A stretch of DNA of 64,000 nt from the human T2T-CHM13v2.0 reference genome, Homo sapiens. The notes beneath the pieces are model-generated. The model was not told where the DNA came from. It ran no database searches and saw only the letters and a list, made by a program, of their open reading frames with translations. Below, piece by piece: positions 1 to 18,991 of this stretch; positions within the stretch are counted from its first letter, which is position 1; every line of letters begins with the position of its first letter. Where the stretch lies: NCBI RefSeq assembly GCF_009914755.1, contig NC_060926.1; one strand, given 5' to 3'. The position numbers and the translations under genes were made by a program.

Positions 1-72
1 CTGACCTGGTGATCCGCCTGCCTTGGCCTCCCAAAGTGCTGGGATTATAGGCGTGAGCCACCGAGCCTGGCC
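1..72 (-). mobile_element. Alu, 5' end only (cut by window edge)
   Basis: GCCTCCCAAAGTGCTGGGATTATAGGCGTGAGCCACC...GGCC is the reverse complement of the Alu head. Confidence 0.95.
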
Positions 73-127
73 TAAATTTCCATCTTGATTTCATTGTTGA
101 CCCAGTGATTATTCAGGAGCAGGTTAT

Positions 128-361
128 TTAATTTCCATGTATTTGCGTGGTTTTTAGAGTTCCTTTTGGAATTATTTCCAATTTTATTCCACTGTGGTCT
201 GAGAGAATACTTGAAATAATTTCAATTTTCTTAAATTTACTGAGACTTGTTTTGTGGTATATCATATAGTCTATCTTGGAGAATGCTTCATGTGCTGATG
301 AATAGAATATATATTCTGCAGTTGTTGGGTAGAATGTTCTGTAAATATCTGTTAAGTCCAT
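128..361 (-). pseudogene. Remnant of L1 ORF2 APE-endonuclease domain
   Basis: MDLTDIYRTFYP...SSAHEAFSKIDY...SDHSGIKLEI matches L1 ORF2p EN motifs (DIYR, SKIDH, SDH). Confidence 0.9.
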
Positions 362-995
362 TTATTCTAGGGCATAGTTTAAGTCCATTGTTTTTTTTGT
401 TGACTTCCTGTCTTGATGACCTGACTAGTGCTGTCAGTGGAGGATTAAGTCCTCCACTATTATTGTGTTGCCATCTATCTAATTTCTTAGGTCTATTAGC
501 AATTGTTTTATAAATTTGGGAACTCCAGTGTTAGGTGCATATGTATTTAGGATTGTGATATTTTCCTGTTGGACTAGTCCTTTTATCATTGTATAATGTT
601 CCTCTTTGTCTTTTTTTAACTGCTGTTGCTTTAAAGTTTATTTTGTCTGATATAAGAATAGCTACTCCTGCTCACTTTTGGTATTAATTTGCATGGAATA
701 TCTTTTTCCACCCCTTTACCTTAAGTATATGTGAGTCCCTATGTGTTACATAAGTCTCCTGAAGACAGCAGAAACTTGGTTGATGAATTCTTATCCATTC
801 TACCATTCTGTATCTTTTAGGTGGAGCATTTATTCCATTTGCATTCAATGTTAGTATTGAGATGTGAGGTACTATTCTATTTATTGCCTTAATACCTTTT
901 TAAAAAAATTTTGTTATTGTCGTATAGGTCCTGTGAGATTTATGCTTTAAGGAGGTTCTATTTTGGTGTATTTCAAGATTTGCTTCAATATTTAG

Positions 996-1284
<289 letters not shown>

Positions 1285-2781
1285 AAGATTTAGAGCTCCT
1301 TTTAGCTGTTCTGGTAGTGGTGGCCTGGTAATGGCGAATTTTCTCAGCATTTGTTTGTCTGGAAAAGACTGTATCTTTCATTCATTTATGAAGCTTAGTT
1401 TTTCTGGATACAAAAATTGTTTGTTTAAGGAGGCTAAAAATAGGACCCCAATCCCTTCTAGCTTGTAGGTTTTCTGCTGAGAAATATGCTGTTACTTTGA
1501 TAGGTTTTCCCTTATAGGTTACTTGATGCTTTTGCCTCACAGCTGTTAAGATTCTTTCCTTTTCATCTTGACCTTAGATAACCTGACGACTATGTGCGTT
1601 GGTGATTATCTTTTTGCCATGAATTTCCCAGGTGTTCTTTGAGCTTCTTGTATTTGGATTTCTAGATCTCTAGGAAGGCCAGGGAGGTTTTCTTCAATTA
1701 TTCCCTCAAATATGTTTTCCAGATTTTAGATTTCTCTTCTTCCTTGGGAACACCAATTATTCGTAGGTTGGATGCTTAATATAGTCCCAAACTTCTTGGA
1801 GCCTTTGTTCATTTTTTCTAATCCTTTTTTATTTCTCTTTGATGGGTTGGGTTAATTCAAAAGCCTTGTCTTTGAGCTCTGAAGTCCTTTCTTCTGCTTA
1901 TTCGATTCTATTGCTGAGACTTTCTGAGCATTTTACTTTTCTCTGTGTCCTTGATTTCCAGAAATTGTGATTGTTTTTTGTTATCTATTTCACTGAAGAT
2001 TTTCCCTTCATATCCTGTATCATGTTTTTGATTTCTTTAAGTTGGATTTCACCTTTCTTGGTGCCTTCTTGATACGCTTAACAATTGACCTTCTGAATTC
2101 TTTTTCTGGCAATTCAGAGATTTCTTCTTGGTTTGCATCCATTGCTGGTGAGCCAGTGTGATCTCATGGGGGTGTTAAAGAACTTTGTTTTGTCATATTA
2201 CAAGAATTGTTTTTCTGGTTCCTTCTCATTTGGATAGACTATGTCAGAGGGTAAGATCCTGGGACTCAAGGGCTGCTGTTCAGATTCTTTTGTCCAACAA
2301 GGTGCTTTCTTAATGTAGTATTCTTCCCCTTTTCCTAGGAATGGGGCTTCCTGAGAGCCAAACTGTAGTGATTGTTTTTGCTCTTCTGAGTCTATCCATT
2401 CAGCAGAGCTATCAGGCTCTGGGCTGGTACTGGGGAGTGTTGAGCAAAGATTCCTGTGATCTGATTTGTCCTCAGGCCTTTTGGCCGTGGATAACAGCAT
2501 CTGCTCCTGTGGAGGTAGCAAGGGAGTGAAGTGGACTCTGTGAGGGTCCTTGGTTGTACTCTTGTTTAGTGCACTGGTTTTGTGTTGGTTAGCATCCAGC
2601 CAGGAGGTGGCACTTTCAAGAGCGCATCAGCTGTGGTCCTATAGAGAGGAAGCAAACTTGCCTGAGGGTCTCCTGGTTAAGTATTCAGGTTTCGCAGGCA
2701 GTGGGCAGGGCCATAGAGCTGCCAAGAGATTATATCCTTTGTCTTCAGCAACCAGGGCAGGTAGAAAAAGACCACTAGGTG

Positions 2782-3183
2782 AAGTAGAGTTGTTCAAGGC
2801 CTTGGGAGCCCACCCCTTGTATCGGTGTGCCCTGGATATGGAGCACAGAGTCAGGAGATTATTTTGGAGCTTTAAGATTTGGTCACTGCCTTGCTGGGTT
2901 TTTTACTTGTGAGGGGTCTGTAGCCCCTTTCTTTTGGCTGATTTGTCCCTGTTGAAACAGAAATAACTACCCAATGCCTGTACCCTCATTGGATCTTGGA
3001 CATAACTAACACGTTTTTTATTTTACAGGCTTATAGGTGGAAGGAACTTGTCATGTCTCAAATGAGTCTTTGGACTTTTCAGTAAATGCTGGAATGAGTT
3101 AAGACTTTGGGGATTAGTGGGAAGGCATGAATGTATTTTGCAATGTGAAAAGGACATGGGATTTGGGATGAGCCGAGGTGGAG
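2782..3183 (+). mobile_element. MaLR (MST/THE1-type) internal region, 3' part
   Basis: GGAGATTATTTTGGAGCTTTAAGATTT...CCCAATGCCTGTACCC...GAGTTAAGACTTTGGGG motifs, running directly into an LTR start. Confidence 0.85.
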
Positions 3184-3365
3184 TGATATAGTTTGGATGT
3201 TGTCCAAGCCTAAATCTCATATTGAAAGGTAATCCTGTGTTGGAGTTGGGGCCTGGTGGAAGGAAGGTGATTAGATGAATGGGGGTGGTGGATTTCCCTC
3301 TTGGTACTGTTCTCACAGTAGTGAGTGAGTTCATGAGATTTGGTTGTTTAAAACTGTGGTGCAGT

Positions 3366-4138
<773 letters not shown>

Positions 4139-5179
4139 TTATAAATTACATGATCTTAGGTATTTCTTTATAGCTATGTGAGAATGGCCTAATATGTAGC
4201 ACAAAAAAGGATGATGATAGGGAGATCCCTCTGCTTTCCCTGTTCTCTGTCTCATTTCCAAATCCTGTACTTCTCAGTGCCTGGGTTACTGAAAAAATAG
4301 CAAGTTACATATAAAAGAAATTGTAGCTTCTTTTGAAGCTTTACAAAGTTTAATACTTCCTATCAGTCTTCCTGTTTCTTGTGTTACCAAAGAATAGAAA
4401 ATAAAAGCAAGAAAATAAACACATACACAAAAAACATAAAGCAAGAGGGAAATGGTTTGAGGGCTACTGTTGTTTTACTGCTTGTGTTGATTTCACTCTT
4501 TTTACACTACCCAACTGTGTAAAGGCCCACAACTCATGCATGCAATAGGCAGCAGAGAGAACAGCAAATAAACCAGAAAGAGCATCCCATTTCACTCCTT
4601 AGTAGCAACTCACTAGAATTCCTCCCACTGTAAATGAGAATCCCAAAATGCAGGGAAGAAATAGTACATTTTTTCTTCTTACAGATCCAGTTAGTCAATA
4701 TTTAACCATTCAGCTCGGAATCATACATGCCTCATTCCAGTAGTAGCTTCTTTTATACAGTGTTTTGTTAGAGGGAGTGTGGAAAGGGGAGAATGTTTGA
4801 GTCAAGCTGTTAAAACAAAGCACATGTGCCAGCTAGTCAGAAGGAGGCACTTTCCCCTGGGCAAGATTTCAAGCAGGGGCAATAGAAGGTAAAATCTTAA
4901 GTTCACTTTCCTGTTAAAAACCGAGATTATTATTTTGATCCTGCTGTTCAGTGTTCTCTTTCTCTCTCTTCTTTTACCAATTGAAAAATTCCCAGTCTGA
5001 GGTCTCAGAAATAATGCCACACGTCTACAGCCAACTGATCTTTGACAAACCTGACAAAAACAAGCAATGGGGAAAGGATTCCCTATTTAATAAATGGTGT
5101 TGTGAAAACTGGCTAGCCATATGCAGAAATCTGAAACTGGACCCCTTCTTTACACTTTATTAAAAAAATTAACACAAGA

Positions 5180-5567
<388 letters not shown>

Positions 5568-5984
5568 TCAGGACATAGGCATGGGCAAAGACTTCATAAC
5601 TAAAACACCCAAAGCAATGGCAACAAAAGCAAAATTGACAAATGGGATCTAATTAAACTAAAGAGCTTCTGCACAGCAAAAGAAACTATCATCAGTGTTA
5701 ACAGGCAACCTACAGAATGGGAGAAAATTTTTGCATCCTATCCATCTGACAAAGGGCTAATGTCCAGAATCTACAAAGAAGTTAAACAAATTTAAAAGAA
5801 AAAAACAACCCCATCAAAAAGTGGGCGAAGGTTATGATCAGACACTTCTCAAAAGAAGACATTTATGCGGCCAAACAAACATGAAGAAAAAGCTCATCAT
5901 CACTGGTCATTAGAGAAATGCAAATCAAAACCACAGTGAGATACCACCTCATGCCAGTTAGAATGGCAGTCATTAAAAAGTCAG

Positions 5985-6278
5985 GGCCGGGTGCGGTGTC
6001 TCATACCTATAATCCCAGGACTTTGGGAGGCCGAGGCAGGTGGATCATGAGGTCTGGAGTTCAAGACCAGCCTGAACAAGATGGTGAAACCCTGTTTCTA
6101 CTAAAAATACAAAAATGAGCTGGGCATGGTGGTGGGCGCCAGTAATCCCATCTACTTGGGAGGCTGAGGCAGGGAATTGCTTGAACCCAGTAGGTGGAGG
6201 TTGCAGTGAGCTGAGATCACCCCACAGCACTCCAGCCTGGGTGACAGAGTGAGATTCTGTCTCAAAAAAAAAAAAAAA
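5985..6278 (+). mobile_element. AluS (Sg-like)
   Basis: Dimeric Alu; TSD AAAAAGTCAG. Confidence 0.93.
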
Positions 6279-6911
6279 GTCAGAACAACAGATGCTGGAG
6301 AGGATGTGGAGAAATAGGAATGCTTTTACACTGTTGGTGGGAGTGTAAATTAGTTCAACCGTTGTGGAAGACAGTGTGACGATTACTCAAGGATCTATAA
6401 CCAGAACCAGGTCAAGGATTTGACCTGGCAATCCCATTACTGGGTATATACCCAAAGGATTATAAATCGTTCTACTATAAAGACACATGCACACGTATGT
6501 TTATTGCAGCACTGTTCACAATAGCAAAGACTTGGAACCAACCCAGTGCCCATCAATGATAGACTGGATAAAGAAAATGTGGCACATATACACCATGGAA
6601 TTCTATGCAGCCATAAAAAGGATGAGTTCATGTCCTTTGCAGGGACATGGATGAAGCTGGAAACCATCATTCTCAGCAAACTAACACAGGAACAGAAAAC
6701 CATACACTGCATGTTCTCACTCGTAAGTGGGAGTTGAACAGTGAGAACACACGGATACAGGGAAGGGAACATCAGACACCGGGGCCTGTCGGTGGGGTTG
6801 GGGGCTAGGGGAGGGATAGAATTAGGAGAACTACCTGATGTAGATGACGGGTTGATGGTGCAGCAAACCACTGTGGCACTTGTATACCTATGTAACAAAC
6901 CTGCATGTTCT

Positions 6912-7281
<370 letters not shown>

Positions 7282-8922
7282 TTAAAAAAAAAAAAAAAAA
7301 AAGAACCTTTCTGTCTCCCTGTAGCAGAGGCACATAGCCCAACCACACATTAAGGCTCCTACACAGTGAGACTGCTCAGAAGGCCCACGGATGCTCTGAT
7401 GTTGCTTCCTCCCTCATAGCAATGGGTACCAGGAATGCTTTGCTCTAATTCTGGGGGGTTACACAATTGGAGCAAACCACTCAACTTCCCATTGTCTGAA
7501 TTTAACTTGTGAAATGAACAAGAAGCAACTTATCCACAGGAGTTTAAGGGAACTGATTAAGGTTTGTAAAGACCTTATTGGATGAAAGACAATAAAATTA
7601 TGATCATAAATAATTTGACTACAGATTTCTACATTATCCTCCCAATGCATGGGACCCAAAGTACTTCATGTATGAGTCTATTTAAGCTGCACAGATTCCT
7701 GATGAGACAGAAAAAAGAATGATCTCTAAACTCACATTCTGCAATGGGAAACTGAGGCCTCAGATAAACTGAGTTTGCATTCTTGTTGCTTAACTCCCAG
7801 TGGAATGCATTTGTTATGAATTCATATTGCACTTTAGGTAAAATCAGGGAGAAAGCTTGATTTATGATCTAGATTTGTCTCCCGAGAGCACTGTTTGTAT
7901 TTTGATTACTTAGTAATTTACATAAGAGGAAAAGAGTGCTGATGTACTTGCTCTACAATGTCATAGCATATGAATAATATGGAGAAAACAGACATTGAAA
8001 GAAAAAAGATGACACAGAATAATTCAACAAAACACTTCAGATATGACTGATACATTTCTGTCCAATTGAGACAGTAACACACATGCACAAAGCCTCTTTG
8101 GGGAGAGTCAGTGAAGACAAAAAGGTACAGATTATATCTTTATATATAATGAAAATTACTCTCCAAATGGCAGTTTAACTTATCTTGATGGAATATTACC
8201 AGTATTTTACAAAATGCCTATAAATTACTCAGCTGGCTTTCATCATACTGACCTATTTTAAATATTTCAGAAGTTATACTCTGCTTCTAATTGGACTTGA
8301 TGCAACTGGTTAGAAAAGAATACATAGCTCACTTTGGGGAAATATAATAACTCTTCTGGGCAATTTGGGTGTCATTTAGTACATCGGATGGGGTAATTTT
8401 CTAAATGCTATCCTAGAATTAATGCATGTTTGAAAGAGAATAATTTGCCTCTTTCTTAGTGATAGGTTCAGGCTCATTCTTTACAATAAAATTCATTGGT
8501 TAATCTAATTATAGCAACAGTCACTTGAATTTTCATGTTTGATCAGTCCTGGTCCTGAACACAGAGGAGTAAGTCCTCCTCTGTGGGGACTTCAGGATCC
8601 CAATAGCTCTGGTCAGTGCCATTTACAAGGTTTGGATTTAAGATTCTGTTTAATCCCACTGCTTTCCTGAACAAGTCATGGAATTTTAGAGTGAATACAG
8701 CTGTTGTTGTATCTTTTGAGGAGGTTTATTTGAGTCCCCTCTACCTTTTCTTCTCTTCTACTCTATGGGATCTGGTGACTAGAATGTTTTAAAGCCTCAA
8801 TATATATGACATCCCTGTCTAAGTTTGAATGAACAGAGGTTGCTTGAAAAACGTGTGTTGCATACATTCTTTGATTGCCTATCTGTGAGTCAAGGGAGAG
8901 GACATTGACTTGAGAAATGGGA

Positions 8923-11325
<2,403 letters not shown>

Positions 11326-11353
11326 TCATAGACTTTTCAAACTGGGAAGAACT

Positions 11354-11723
11354 TATTAGTCAACTTGGGCTACCATAACAAAATACCATAGGTTGGGTAG
11401 CTTAAATAACAGAAATTTATTTTCTCACAACTTTGGAGTCCAAGATCAGGATGACAACATGCTCATGTTCTGTTGAGGCCTCTCTTCTTGGCTTGCAGAT
11501 GGCTGTTTTTTAGCTCTGTCTTCACATAGTGAAGAGAGAATGAGAACAAGCTCTCTGGGATCTCTTCTTATAAAGGCACCAATCTCATCATGAGGTTCCT
11601 TCTCTCATGGCCTCATCTAGTCCTAATTACCTGCTAAAGCCCTCATTTCCAAATACCATCATATTTGTGCTTAGGAATTCAGTATAAAAATTTGGGGGAA
11701 AAACAAACATTCAATTCATAACA
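11354..11723 (-). mobile_element. MLT1A/MLT1A0 solo LTR inserted in a MIR remnant
   Basis: CCATAACAAAATACCATAG...AAATTTATTTTCTCACA...CATTCAATTCATAACA; GAACT on both sides; MIR-like flanks. Confidence 0.85.
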
Positions 11724-12027
11724 GAACTTCAAAGATATTACAGATGGACATCTGAGGCCCACGGACATTCATTGAGCTCTTTCAACTACCCACTTAATAC
11801 TTGGCAAAAAGTATTAATAGAATAAAGGCAGGGTGTCCTAATTTTTAGCCTGTTGTTATTCGTGTTGTACTATATTACATCATGACTAACTACTGAAAAA
11901 TTATTTTTGAAACATGAGAGAGAACTACATCATGATAATTCTACCTCCATACCCCCCAAAAAGAGCCTATCCAAAAACCTGAGACTTATTCCTAACACAA
12001 TGTTCTTTGTTATAAGACTAGTTTTTC

Positions 12028-12319
12028 TTTTTTTTTTTTTTTTTTTGAGACGGAGTCTTCCTCTGTCGCCCAGGCTAGAGTGCAGTGGCGCCATCTTGGC
12101 TCACTGCAACCTCTGCTGCCGGTTTCAAGTGATTCTCCTCCCTCAGCCTCCTGAGTAGCTGGGATTACAGGTGCCTGCCACTGTGCCCAGCTAATTTTTT
12201 TGTAGTTTTTGGGGTTTCACCATCTTGGCCGGGCTGGTCTTGAACTCCTGACCTCGTGATCCACCTGCCTCGGCCTCCCAAAGTGCTGGGATTACAGGTG
12301 TGAGCCACCGTGCCCAGCC
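12028..12319 (-). mobile_element. AluS
   Basis: Dimeric Alu; 17-bp TSD TATAAGACTAGTTTTTC. Confidence 0.95.
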
Positions 12320-12511
12320 TATAAGACTAGTTTTTCAAATATGAATCTGTTAATATAGAATGATAGAATTTTTTTTAGTTCGTGTGTGATTTTCCTCTCA
12401 ACTTGTTAATATTTTGAAATGACCAGGGGCATACTGTTTCACAATTAAAGAGAAAATTGAGGCATTACATAAAAACCATAAGAAAAGAGTTTCAAGTCTT
12501 TTAACTGTGTC

Positions 12512-12800
12512 TTTTTTTTTTTTTTAGTCTAGCTCTGTTGCCCAGGCTGGAGTGCAATGGTGTGATCTCGGCTCACAGCAACCTCCACCTCCTGAGTTCA
12601 AGTGATTCTCCTGCCTCAGCCTCCTGAGTAGCTAGGATTACAGGCATGCACCACCACACTCAGCTAATTTTTCTATTTTCAGTAGTGACGGGGTTTCTCT
12701 ATGTTGGTCAGGCTAGTCTCGAACTCCTGACCTCAGGTGATCTACCCGCCTCGGCCTCCCAAAGTGCTGGGATTACAGGCGTGAGCCACGGCGCCTGGCC
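12512..12800 (-). mobile_element. AluS (Sx/Sp-like)
   Basis: CTCCTGACCTCAGGTGATC; poly(T) at the left. Confidence 0.93.
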
Positions 12801-13105
12801 CGTAAATGTGTCTTCGAGTGCAAATAATAGCTAGTTTAGTGGCTTTAGGAACTGCTGTGTTTCCTAAAACATGAAGCTTTTTGGTAAAGCTGTGAGTGAG
12901 ATGAAGAAGGTGTAAAGATATTACCTTCTGTGTTAAAATTGATTATTGAAAAAGGCTATACACTGGATTACATTTTTAATTTTGGTGCAATTGGTCTCTT
13001 AAGGACCCAGATCTCAAGGGCAAAGAGAAATTCCCAAGATCCAAGAGTGTGGATAACTATGATGTTGGGTGCAATGATGTTAAACTAGTATTAAATCAGA
13101 AATGG

Positions 13106-13663
13106 TGAATAGTCTGAGATTTTACCCTACTTGTAAGCTAATAAGTTAGTTTGCCATACATAGGAGATATATCTATGTATCTCTATCTCTATCGCTATCT
13201 CTGTCTCTCTCTATCTCTATATCTCATAAGGCACTTGAGCCAGAGACACAAATGGTTTATTATTCATAGCATAGTAGTCAGAGTAGCATCTTGCATCAGT
13301 TCCCCACATTTTAATTTCCCACAGGGAGATGTGAATGAGGGCCAGATTCTGCCTGTGCATGCCTTGGGTTTTCATTATAGAAGACAAACCCTGAACTTAG
13401 GAGACTCTAGCTTTTATTAGGGTTGCTGGTGATCTGCCCATTCTTCCCTCTGGAGAGCTATTCCTCATAACCCTGGAACTAAGGAACTATCCTCTGGGAA
13501 GGAAGCAAACCTTTACTATTCTGGAATGCCTTTGGAGAAGGAGATGTTCTCTGTTTTAGGGTTGCTATTCAATTATCCTTGAACAAAACTTGTCAGTGCC
13601 CCTTGCTCAGAAAGTCTGGACGATGTATAAAGTGAGGAATCCAAGGAGAATTGTCTCCCAATA
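13106..13663 (-). mobile_element. ERVL-class LTR, MER74/MER73/MER54-like, with an internal (TATCTC)-type microsatellite
   Basis: Minus-strand start TATTGGGAGACAATTCTCC; end motif TCTGAGATTTTACCCTACTTGTAAGCTAATAAGTTAG; AATG(G/C) flanks. Confidence 0.7.
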
Positions 13664-14025
13664 AATGCCAGTGGATATTTAACTGTGCTAGTATTTTTAT
13701 TTGGATTGGGATTGTTGGTGTAAATGCTCTGGTTACAAAGTTGTGCAGGTTTTGAGTGATCTGTTCCAACTTTATTTTTTCCCATAAAGTCTCTAATTTT
13801 TGAAGCATAATTTTGCAGAAAATAAAGTTTATCAGAAAAACGTACTTACATTATAGCAGCAATGTCTATTACCTCCAAATCTGGAAAGAAACCAAATAAG
13901 CAGATTTATCTTTTCCCTCCTCTGACTCGAGGTATTAGAATGAGGATGAAATACAAGGAAGGGAATGGCCCAGGGGTTCACATGCATTGGAGAGACACTG
14001 TAAGACCTGAGGATGCCCATTCATG

Positions 14026-15633
<1,608 letters not shown>

Positions 15634-15989
15634 CTTCACTACCTTTCCCACATGGATGGAGCAAATACTCTCAGAAGAAGAATGGAGCCCATGTGTTCTT
15701 CCAGAGCCCGTACATAGCATCAGCTGACCTCCTTCTTTTCTTATACTCACTCCATCCTGCTGTAACTCAGTCTATGACTGAACATGAGATGTCCAACTCT
15801 CTAATTGTAGCTGAGAAGAGAAAACAAACAGGTATTAGGCACAGTTATAAAAGGGAGGTAACCCCACTATATCAGAGAAAAATTATTGGGATAGAGCAGC
15901 TCAGATTGAGCATAGTATCATGAGAAGAAATGGCAACACAAAGATGGAAACATACTCTAGCTGCAATAAACACAAGTATGAACAAAAAT

Positions 15990-17150
<1,161 letters not shown>

Positions 17151-17162
17151 ATCAACCCCCCC

Positions 17163-18110
17163 TCTGGTAGGAAGAATACTATCCATCCCTTCCCCTCTGT
17201 AAAGATATCCACATTCTAATCCTCAGAACCAGTGAATATATTACCTTATATGGCAGGGGAGACTTTGCAGACACAATTAAGGATCTTGAGATGGGGAGAC
17301 TACTATGGATTATCCTGGTGATCCCAGTGTAGTTACAAGGGTCCTTATCAGCAAAAGTAGGAGACAGGAGGGTCAGAATCAGAGAGATACTTGAAGATAC
17401 TACACTGCTGGCTTTGAGGATGGAGGAAGGGGCCATGAGCAAAGGAATGCAGGCAGCCTGTAGGGGTGATGCTGGGCAGGTGAGCCCCAAAGTGGAACTT
17501 AGCCTACAAGGCTTCTTGGCCTTGCTCGGGAAAGAATTGAAGGGCAAGCCAGAAATAGAAGAAAACAACTTTAGTTAAGAGGCAGTGTTACAGCTCTATG
17601 ACTGCTCCTGCAGAGCAGGGCTGCCCCATAGGCAGAGAGTAGCAGCTCAGGGAGTTCTGCAGCCATATTTATACCCACTTTTAATTGCATGTGGATTAAG
17701 GAGTGGTTTGTGCAGAACTTTCTAGGGAAGGGGTAGTAACTTTTGGGCCACTGGGTCATTGCTATGGAAAGGGGCAGTAACTTTGAGTGCTGCCATGGCA
17801 ACACTAAATTGACATGGCACACTTGTGGATGTGTACGATTGGAAAGCCTCTGCCCCGACCCTGTTTTAGCTAGTCCTCAATCTGGTCTGGTGTCGGAGTC
17901 CACCTCCTATCTCAGAAGCTGGAAAAGGCAAGGAAATGGATTCTCTTCCAGAGCCCCCTGAAGGAATGTAGCCCTGCCAACAACTTGATTTTAGCCCAGT
18001 AAAATCTATTTTGCAATTACGACATACAGAACCATAAGATAATAAATTTGTGTTGTTTTAAGGACTAAGTTTGGGGTAATTTGTTATAGTAGCAATAGGA
18101 AACTAATATG
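17163..18110 (+). mobile_element. MLT1D-like LTR interrupted by MER66
   Basis: ACCTTATATGGCAGGGGAGACTTTGCAGA...GCTGGCTTTGAGGATGGAGGAAGGGGCCATGAGC; resumes GAAGCTGGAAAAGGCAAGGAAA; ends AGCAATAGGAAACTAATA. Confidence 0.85.
17467..17914 (-). mobile_element. MER66(B)-like ERV1 solo LTR
   Basis: Minus strand begins TGAGATAGGAGGTGGACTCCG and ends GCATCA; GCCATGGCAAC and GGGTATAAATATGGCTGCAGAAC motifs. Confidence 0.8.
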
Positions 18111-18299
18111 CCACCAAGCCAACCAACCAAAGAAAAACAAAAGAAGAAATCGCCAAGAATTCAGGAATAGGGACACCCTGGTAAAAGGCATTGTCAGGGA
18201 ACATTGAATGCTTTTAAATATTGAACTCAGACAAATTAACTCTAGGAATTATCATTTCAGTGTACACAATAATGATATAGTCTGTTGATATATTAGTTG

Positions 18300-18799
18300 A
18301 GATATTAGTCAAGGTGCAGTTAGGATTCTATAAAAAGAAACCTAAAAATAAATTGGCACGAATGAAGTAGAAATATATTTCATTCCTATATCACAGTCTG
18401 CATAGACAATCCAGGACTGGTTTGGATATCAAGGGCACTGGGGACCCGGACGTCTATGACTTTGCTGTCCTGCCATCATCAGCATATGGCTTTCATCTTA
18501 TGTACCCACATGGATGCTTTAGCTGTCACTGTTGTGTCTGTGTCTTAGCCTGGAGAAAGGTGGGAAGGGGACAGAGGCAAGGGTACGGTTCTTCTCTTTG
18601 AAGGCACAATCCAGAAATTGCATCCATTCCTTCTCCAACATTTCCTTGCCCAGATTTGGTCAGATGGCTACACCGAACTACAAAGGAGGCAGGGAAATGT
18701 AATCTTTATCAGGGGAGTCTTATGCTCAGCCAAAACTTGTATTATAACTGAAAAAAGGAGAAAACAGAGATTGACGAAGACCAAGCAGTTTCTGCCATA
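18300..18799 (-). mobile_element. Old MLT1 (MLT1J/K-like) LTR
   Basis: TATTAGTC start; CAAAGGAGGCAGGGAAATGTAATCTTT; ends AGCAGTTTCTGCCATA. Confidence 0.7.
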
Positions 18800-18828
18800 C
18801 TTGATAATGTAAAAATAATGATACAACC

Positions 18829-18855
18829 TGAGTCAAAGGGTGGGGAGGGTGGGGG
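18829..18855 (+). promoter_or_regulatory. AP-1 site (TGAGTCA) next to a G-quadruplex-forming / KLF-SP-MAZ-type G-tract
   Basis: TGAGTCA at 18829-18835, then AGGGTGGGGAGGGTGGGG at 18837-18854; motif only, function not shown. Confidence 0.35.
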
Positions 18856-18991
18856 AAGCTGATGTGATCTGCTTCCTTCCTCACGTTTTTCTAGCAGGTA
18901 CCCAGTGCACTGGAAGCATCTTAAGTTGAAATGTAATTAAAATAATTTCAACTTACAGCTTTTCATGATCACCTTTTGACCTAAGAGTGAT

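Noticed and set aside
4668-4894. Possible 204-nt exon (ttcttacag ... AAG|gtaaaa)
   Set aside because: Stops in all three frames and no other support.
6781-6816. G-quadruplex-like tract
   Set aside because: Ordinary G-rich L1 3'UTR feature.
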